Translations under genes and position numbers: made by a program
Notes under the pieces: model-generated
The model's database searches: none
What the model saw: only the letters and a program-made list of their open reading frames with translations
What the model was told of the DNA's origin: nothing
Assembly: GCA_023205875.1 (NCBI GenBank)
Contig: CP060755.1
Coordinates: forward strand, 62,001 to 126,000
Reading direction: 5' to 3'
Length of the DNA: 64,000 nt
Source: Chloropicon primus
Lineage: Eukaryota
Shown: positions 61,057 through 64,000 of the stretch, one piece after another
Layout: the number at the start of each line of letters is the position of its first letter
Position numbering within the stretch: position 1 is the first letter of the stretch

Positions 61057-63840
61057 TTAGTCAAGGAGGTCCGTGATCAGACCCATGTGCGCAAAGTCGT
61101 CAAGACCAGAATTCTGGTCTTGGCCATGACCTCCCGCATGGCCCGGAACAGGCTGGCCCACAGGCGCGAGTCTGTAACCTCCCTGCATCATCATGTGGCT
61201 ACCATGGCCGTACTGCTCAGACGCTTTTCCATTCACCATGGCGGGTGCCCCCTTCTCCCCTGCCATGCCTTGAGGCTGAGCCCCTGCGGGGTGCTGGGCG
61301 TAGGCAGACATGCCGTTTGGAACCTGAGGAATGTGGCCAGAGGGCATATTGCCCATGGCAGTCCTGGCAGGATGCCCCCCGTTTTGAATGTTGCCCGCAG
61401 ACCCCTGGTATCCCTTTGGGATAGACGAGAAGACTCTCTGGTTCGCAGCGCTGGCGGTGTAGGACTTCATGGGCGAAACCATTCCGTGAGGCTGAGAGGC
61501 ATCTTGAGCCAATGGGACACCCGAGGCCTCCACGCCTGCTGTGCCGGGAGATCCAGCACTCTGAGGGGGTGACCTCTGTTGGTGGTAGTCTACATTTGGT
61601 ACATGCTTCTGCTGCTCTGGCGTGCTTGGAGCCGACCCTGGCACAACCTGCTGCCAGTCATTTGACCTCTCCTTCATGTGCTGAAGAACCTCTACAGTCT
61701 GCTTAAGTTGGGACTGAAGCTTTGCTATTGTCCCGTCCTTCTGCGCCAACTGCATTTCCAAGCCCTCGACCTTCTTGGCCAGCTCTGAGATCACCTTGTC
61801 CTTCTCTTGCAAGCTGGCACCCTTCTCTGTGGTGGAAGATTGCCTCTCCTCAGAAGCCTGCTGCTTTTTCTGCTGCTGCTGCTGCTGCTGCCTGAGCTTC
61901 TTCTCCTTCTCCTTCTCTTCAGCAGCCAGCCTTTCCTTTTCTTTTGCAGCAGCAGCCTGCTGCTGCTGGGCCGCCGCAGCTGCCTCGGCCTGTTGCTTCT
62001 GCCTCAAGGCCTCCTCCTTCTGGAGAGCTGCCTTTTTCGCCGCCTTCTTTGCAGCTTCCTTCTCCTTCGCCAACTGCCTCGCTGCCTCACGCTCCTGCTC
62101 TCTCTGCTGCCTTTCCTTTTCCAGGGCCTCTTCCCTAGCTTTCTTGGCCTCTTCCTCCTTCTTCTTCTTCTCCTCCTCAGCCTTCAGCCTCTCGGCCTCG
62201 GCCGCGGCCTCCTCTGCTTCTTTCTTCTCCTTCTTCCTCTGCTTCTTCTCTTTCCTGCGGTTGCGGCGCTCCCTTTCAGCCTCCTGCTTCTTCAGCTGGC
62301 GCTCAGACTCGAGCCTCTCGGCCTCTTCCTCCTCCCTTATCAGGGCCTCCTGCCTCTTCAGCGCCTCGTTCTCCTTGAAGGCCACTTCGATGCGGTTGGT
62401 GTAGAGGTGAGAAACGACGAACATCTCGATTGCCTGCTTGCCAAGCTCTGCGAGCCTCCTCTCGTCCCTCTCCAGCGAGTCCTTGCCGTAGTCGTCGAGG
62501 TCCTTGTCCTCGTTGTGAGGTGGCACCGCCTCGTTCGCGGCTTGCTCCAAAGTCTTCATCACGTCTCCCGCCAAGTAAGTCAGATTCTCCTCCATGGAGA
62601 TCGACACTGGGGGGTCCGAGGGCGAGGCGTTCAACGTCTTGAACGCCGCGGCAGAGGACCCACCCTTGCCGCTTCCCTTGGAGCCCTTGTCCGCCTTGTC
62701 CCCCTTGCCCTTGGCCGCCGCCGGCGCCGGCGCCGCAGCGAGAGTCTTCTGGCCCTGCTCGACCTGGAGAGCCTTGTACCCAGAATGCAAGGCGTCCATC
62801 ACCAAGGTGGAGGTCACCTCCTTCTCGTTGAAGAACCTCTTGACCAGTGACTTGAGGATGTTGTCCGCCCGGTCGCTCGCGAGGCAGGACCTCAGCTGGA
62901 CCGAGAGCGAGTCCCAGAACTCGTGGAAGGACTCTGGGCACTCCCTGAGCTTCGCGAGCTTCTCTCTCCTCTCCTCCAAGAACCTCCTGCAGATCCCCTC
63001 GACGTTCGTCAGGTAAACCCTAACGAGCTCCCTCCTGTACTGCGTGTCGAGGCACCTGAAGGGCCTGTTCTGCTTCTCCCTGATTACCTGGACCTGAGCC
63101 TTGATGACCAAGGTGTCCGAGACAGTGAAACCGTCGAGGACCTTGCTCAGCTCCATGAACTTCTTCCAGCCCCAGTCGTGCTCCTTCTTGCAAAACCTGT
63201 GCAAAGTGTCGCTGTACTTGCTCTTCTTGGGGTCCTTGTTCACCACCGCGATGGTGAACTGGGCGAAGTGGGACCAACCCGGAAGGAGCTTGTCGTAGTC
63301 CGCGACGCACAGGAACAGGGACAGGTGGTTGCTCACGTCGCACCCCTGTGGGTAGACCAGGATGTACCACTTGTACTCCCCGACCTCGAACACGTTGGAC
63401 CTCAGCTCTCTCTTGCTGATCTCGGAGAAGTTCTCGATCTTCCAGGTGAACTTTCCGTAGAGGTCCCCCGGCCTCACCCCGTCGTCGTCCTCTTCCGCGA
63501 ATGACGTCGAAGGCTCGAAGTGGCCACCATCGGTGCCCCCTCCCTGAGAGTTCCCCGACAGGCCGTTGCCCGACCCGTTCCTCCACTCATTGCTGTTCTC
63601 GTCCAAGGTCTGCGAGAGCACTCCGTCCACGTTCTTGTCGTTGTTGCTGTTCTGGGAAGAGTTCCCGCCCGCGCCCTTCTCGCCCGCCGTGTTCGAGCCC
63701 CCCGAGTCACCGCTCTTGGAGTTTTGCATCTGCGACGAGGACTTCCTCTTGTTGTCGTTCGAGGCTTTCGGCTCGTCGGTTCCGGAGGACCCGCTGCCTC
63801 CCCTCCCCCCCGACTCCTCCCCTTTCGACGTGTCTCCCAT
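61057..63840 (-). CDS. MATH/TRAF-domain coiled-coil protein (plant MUSE13/14, TRAF1a/b-like)
   Basis: GKFTWKIENFS..KRELRS, WYILVYPQGCDV.NHLSLFLCV, DTLHRFCKKEHDWGWKKF, RQEALIREEE; C-terminal DDFAHMGLITDLL. Confidence 0.93.
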   Translation of the reverse strand: MGDTSKGEESGGRGGSGSSGTDEPKASNDNKRKSSSQMQNSKSGDSGGSNTAGEKGAGGNSSQNSNNDKNVDGVLSQTLDENSNEWRNGSGNGLSGNSQGGGTDGGHFEPSTSFAEEDDDGVRPGDLYGKFTWKIENFSEISKRELRSNVFEVGEYKWYILVYPQGCDVSNHLSLFLCVADYDKLLPGWSHFAQFTIAVVNKDPKKSKYSDTLHRFCKKEHDWGWKKFMELSKVLDGFTVSDTLVIKAQVQVIREKQNRPFRCLDTQYRRELVRVYLTNVEGICRRFLEERREKLAKLRECPESFHEFWDSLSVQLRSCLASDRADNILKSLVKRFFNEKEVTSTLVMDALHSGYKALQVEQGQKTLAAAPAPAAAKGKGDKADKGSKGSGKGGSSAAAFKTLNASPSDPPVSISMEENLTYLAGDVMKTLEQAANEAVPPHNEDKDLDDYGKDSLERDERRLAELGKQAIEMFVVSHLYTNRIEVAFKENEALKRQEALIREEEEAERLESERQLKKQEAERERRNRRKEKKQRKKEKKEAEEAAAEAERLKAEEEKKKKEEEAKKAREEALEKERQQREQEREAARQLAKEKEAAKKAAKKAALQKEEALRQKQQAEAAAAAQQQQAAAAKEKERLAAEEKEKEKKLRQQQQQQQKKQQASEERQSSTTEKGASLQEKDKVISELAKKVEGLEMQLAQKDGTIAKLQSQLKQTVEVLQHMKERSNDWQQVVPGSAPSTPEQQKHVPNVDYHQQRSPPQSAGSPGTAGVEASGVPLAQDASQPHGMVSPMKSYTASAANQRVFSSIPKGYQGSAGNIQNGGHPARTAMGNMPSGHIPQVPNGMSAYAQHPAGAQPQGMAGEKGAPAMVNGKASEQYGHGSHMMMQGGYRLAPVGQPVPGHAGGHGQDQNSGLDDFAHMGLITDLLD

Positions 63841-64000
63841 ACCTTCCGACCGAACCCGCTACAAACAACAACAAGGTCTTGTCGTCACACCAATACCAAC
63901 ACCACCACGAACCAACCCAGTCCTCGCGCCCCTCCCTCCTTTCTTCCTCTTTCTCCCTCTCCCTCTCCTTCGTCCTTCGTCCTTCGTGTTCCTCTCTTCC

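Overview
Gene-dense eukaryotic nuclear DNA, with GC-rich codon usage, short GT-AG introns of about 70-190 nt, tiny intergenic gaps and plastid transit or Tat peptides. It is most consistent with a compact green-algal (prasinophyte, Chloropicon-like) chromosome; the taxon is my inference. About 37 protein genes are supported. Recognisable ones include UPF1, Vms1/ANKZF1, RMD1/DUF155, LYAR, a GT69/CAP59 mannosyltransferase, a plant-type tandem D-Ala-D-Ala ligase, RPAP3, COX5B, a PAM2-RRM CID protein, HisB, PP2C, CYP28, CIA2/AE7, Aurora kinase, TRM6, FAM161, RpiA, GCNA/SprT, CSN9/SMAP, NMD3 and a MATH/TRAF protein. No rRNA, tRNA, CRISPR array or mobile element was seen. Most notable: (1) Rho_N-like domains fused to the plastid D-Ala-D-Ala ligase; (2) three apparent pseudo-enzymes (transaldolase Lys->Arg, MIOX without most iron ligands, leishmanolysin without HExxH); (3) a BuGZ/SUF4-like protein with a TPR-like region in place of zinc fingers; (4) a tandem Par3/HAL-N-like protein with a Cys-rich lipidation tail; (5) an HMG-box/histone-fold/PIP-box fusion; (6) bacterial-type BtuF-like and Zn-ribbon genes carrying introns; (7) a possible tail-anchored Vms1 splice form; (8) two convergent genes whose stop codons overlap. 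All family calls come from motif recognition by eye, with no database search.
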